Source: Botryllus schlosseri (taxonomy: Eukaryota). From it: a DNA stretch of 64,000 nt. The stretch spans positions 23,624,001 through 23,688,000 of the forward strand of contig CM119371.1 of assembly GCA_051294905.1 (NCBI GenBank). Reading direction: 5' to 3'. The position numbers were made by a program, and so were the translations under genes. The notes under the pieces are model-generated. The model did not search any database, was not told the origin of the DNA, and was given only the letters and a program-made list of their open reading frames with translations. Of this stretch, positions 60,933 to 64,000 are shown piece by piece (position 1 is the first letter of the stretch; each line of letters opens with the position of its first letter).

Positions 60933-63136
60933 CAGAGGTGGTCAGTAACGAAGTACTTCTACTTTTTCGAAGTACTCAAGTAGTTTTCCTCTACTTCTGG
61001 TACTTACTCAAGTAGATCTGATTTTAGCTACTTCTACTTCTACTTCGTAATATTTTGTGATCTGCTTACTTACTTTTCGCTATTTTGAGTTTGTCAAGTA
61101 GAAGTAGTTCAATCTTCCAATCAGGAAGAGAACCTGAGGTATTTCGGGGCCGTTTTCACGGAGTATCAACATATAATTTTCATAAAAGTTTATAAAGCCC
61201 AGAATTTTCGTCGCACTTCGCGTGCAGTGCTGGATACGGAGCAGTGTTGGGATGACTCGAGTCATGACTTGACTCGAGTCAGACTCGAGTCACCTTTTTT
61301 GAATGACTTGACTTGACTCGAGTCACTTTGCTAAAATGACTTGACTTGACTTGACTCGGCGTATCAGAAATATGGATTGACTCGTGACTCGGAGCAAAAT
61401 TCACGAGTCAATTTCGAGTCATCAAATAATCGGTGTCGATAAAGATCACTGAATCTTGCATATGTTCGGATTGTTCACGAAACGCTGGTGTAACCGTGAG
61501 CGCGACCAATCATTTATTGATCGTGCGTTAAACTGAGCCTCCATTGTTCCCTCACAAATAAATTGACCGCAAACGAAGTGATCGAAGCTTACAGCTTACG
61601 TTGTCGTAATCTAGTATAGTAAAGTAATTAATCTCTGTTTTTTACCTTAACCAAACCTCTTGTTTTATTGAAATTGAATTCGAATATAGTTTATATAATC
61701 CTCAACCATTGGCACAGGCTCGAATTGTATCATATCGATTTGTAAATGGGTAATGTATTGCATCCTATCAATTCGTATCTATCCTCTATTTAGGCTGGTA
61801 ACTATCAACTGTGGTCTAGCAGTTCTACGTATCTGTGAGCGATACAGCGTCTTCTTGTGTGAATATTAAACTCTATATTCGTTCATCGGTTCAAAATCAA
61901 TGACTACTCAATCAGTTTTTCAGACAGCTTTCAAAATGCAATGACGTTATCATGCCTCGTGCTTCGAAAATGCAACTTGACTTGAATTGTTACTTGACTC
62001 GTGACTTGACTTGACTTGACTCGAGTCACCTCCAAAAATCGATTGACTTGACTTGACTCGAGTCAAAATGAGCAATGACTCGAAATGACTCGTGACTCGA
62101 AGGTAGTGACTTGATCCCAACACTGATACGGAGTAACCAGTATGATTTCACGAAGTATCGGTGAATATAATTTAGGTAGAGGGTTGGCGTTGCTCCGTTC
62201 ACACCACATTGCCGCCATTCGTCCATATCAAATAATTCATCACAGTATATATGGCTCATCATAACGTTTGAAACTGATGTTTCGCAATCTAGCATTTACT
62301 TATCATATCGTAATCTAGCATGTCCATTGTCCATGGCGTGTCCAAATCCCGAAAAGTGGACTCTGATATTTTTTTAGTTTCAGAGCTATTTAGCATACCA
62401 CCTTTGAAACTTTCTGGACTAAAAACATGAAATACATGTTCTGCTTTCAGAAGTAGTATTTATATTTCACTTTCAATTCCCAGTATCATATACTTTGAGT
62501 TATAATTATTATCAGTTCTTTTGTCTGGATAACATACATGTTTAAGTATAAACGCAAGTGTAGTAATCCCTTTAATTTCTGGAAATAAAGCTACACAATA
62601 TGGCATTTTTACGGTCCACCATTTTTTTTATTTACGTTTACTAATCGCGCAAAGTGTTTACACCGTATTCCATACAACTTCTCCGTATTGCTCTTCGACT
62701 AAACTACAGGCCTTGTAGTATGGGGAGCGGCGTCATATCATGCTATTTTCTAAAACGTGCTGCTCGAGAAAACAGTGCATTAGCATCACATTTTCATATC
62801 AATACTATCATTTTCATCCCATGATGTGGACGAATACTTATGCTATCGAAAATTGGATACCTGTTGGTATGCATCAATATGAATCAAGCTCGTCACCTTT
62901 CGCATAGCTCAATTTGCACCTTTTTACAATCCATGTGAACGAATTAGGATCGTTTTCATAACTACTTACTTACTTGAGTACTTTTAAAGTCAGTAAATTC
63001 TACTTCTACTTCAAGTAGTTTTAGGTTGCTCATGGAAGAAGTACTTCTACTCGTACTTGAGTAGATTTTTTTCGTCGCTACTTCTACTTCTACTTGAGTA
63101 GATTTCTTGACTACTTGGATTTCTTGACCACCTCTG
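60933..63136. mobile_element. hAT-type element with TACTTCTACT/AGTA subterminal arrays, hosting 61242-62125
   Basis: TIR CAGAGGTGGTCA / TGACCACCTCTG; exact TSD GTAGTCAG. Confidence 0.93.
61242..62125. mobile_element. GACTCGAGTC-rich hAT MITE, copy 2
   Basis: Same TIR as 2659-3634; exact TSD ATACGGAG. Confidence 0.95.
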
Positions 63137-63297
63137 GTAGTCAGACATGTACATCAACCTACTTATTTAGTTACTAAAACTATGTAGTTCTAGTTGTGGA
63201 TTTGAAAAAGTGAATGGTTTCTGGTTCTAGTTGCGAATATTTGAAAATGAGTAGTTCTAGTTCTAATAGCAGATTTTGAAAAGTTGATGTTCTAGTT

Positions 63298-63955
63298 CAG
63301 GGCCGGCCAACCCGTGGCCCGCGAGTTAATTTCCGAAATTAGTAGTATTATCAAAAATGGATTGCACAGATCGTGAACTTGCAAGGCCAATCAAAAATTT
63401 GATTAGTCTGGCCGCAGCACTTGAGATGTGATGACTAAAATATTAGTTCCGACCCAGTGGTAGGTCTATGAGCCAGTCACATTTTGGTAGATCTTCATAC
63501 ACTACAATAAAGCAGAATACTTTGCGATAGATAAATCAAAAGTAAAAATTTTCTACACGCTTGGCGCAATATCTTGTCACTCGATTTCTTGCTTTTAATA
63601 TTGTTACCCCTTTGTGAAAATGAAAGAACGCCTAATCTATCAGATTGAGTCTAACTATATATATATTCGCGACCTCACGTTTTCGCTCGCAGAATGACCG
63701 TCGACTATGAAACCTAGGCACAAAATGATTGCCGCATGTTGGACGAAGCTTTCGATATCGATATGTCCAGGTGCCGAATAGTCCAGTCCTTGCAAACTGA
63801 GCCCAGCAATATACAGCAGGCTAGCAATATAGTCAAGTGACAATATTATGAATTTATCAACTTCAAAAAATTTTCGTGCTTCGCGCGGCTAGTGGCCGGC
63901 AGAATAGTTCGTCAATCGAATGTGTTGATTTGGCTGAAAAGGTTGGCCACCGCTG
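63298..63955. mobile_element. CAGGGGTGGCCAACC-family MITE (inverted), inserted in a TAGTTCTAGTT-rich repeat
   Basis: Reverse complement of 8259-8980; exact TSD TTCTAGTT. Confidence 0.93.
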
Positions 63956-64000
63956 TTCTAGTTGCTAGTTTGAAAAATTGAGTAGTTCTTGTTGAAGTTG

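Overview
AT-rich, repeat-dense eukaryotic DNA. It is metazoan; a marine invertebrate such as a tunicate is my guess and cannot be proven from the sequence. Most of the window is a stack of nested transposons that can be resolved by their terminal inverted repeats (TIRs) and target-site duplications (TSDs). These include about 20 hAT-type MITEs with 8-bp TSDs, two large CACTG-ended (CMC/EnSpm-like) elements with TA TSDs (34032-46863 and 52902-60205), and several fold-back palindromes. There is also a Ty3/Gypsy gag-pol with an HIV-like -1 frameshift signal whose integrase is cut off, a second Gypsy remnant (integrase, PPT, 3' LTR), and a LINE 3' end. The only clear host coding sequence is an intact 822-bp ZU5+UPA-like exon (6780-7601) with plausible flanking exons, one of which has a RHIM-like tail. 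Four observations stand out. (1) Two diverged MITE copies share a TSD only at their outer ends, suggesting a eukaryotic composite transposon (53784-57743). (2) A TIR-bounded element carries a decayed KDZ-like transposase (42642-46332). (3) A 1.3-kb fold-back of transposon ORF sequence could act as a hairpin-RNA 'killer' allele (36014-37303). (4) A 12.8-kb element landed inside another element's TSD. All domain calls are by-eye motif recognition, not database results.
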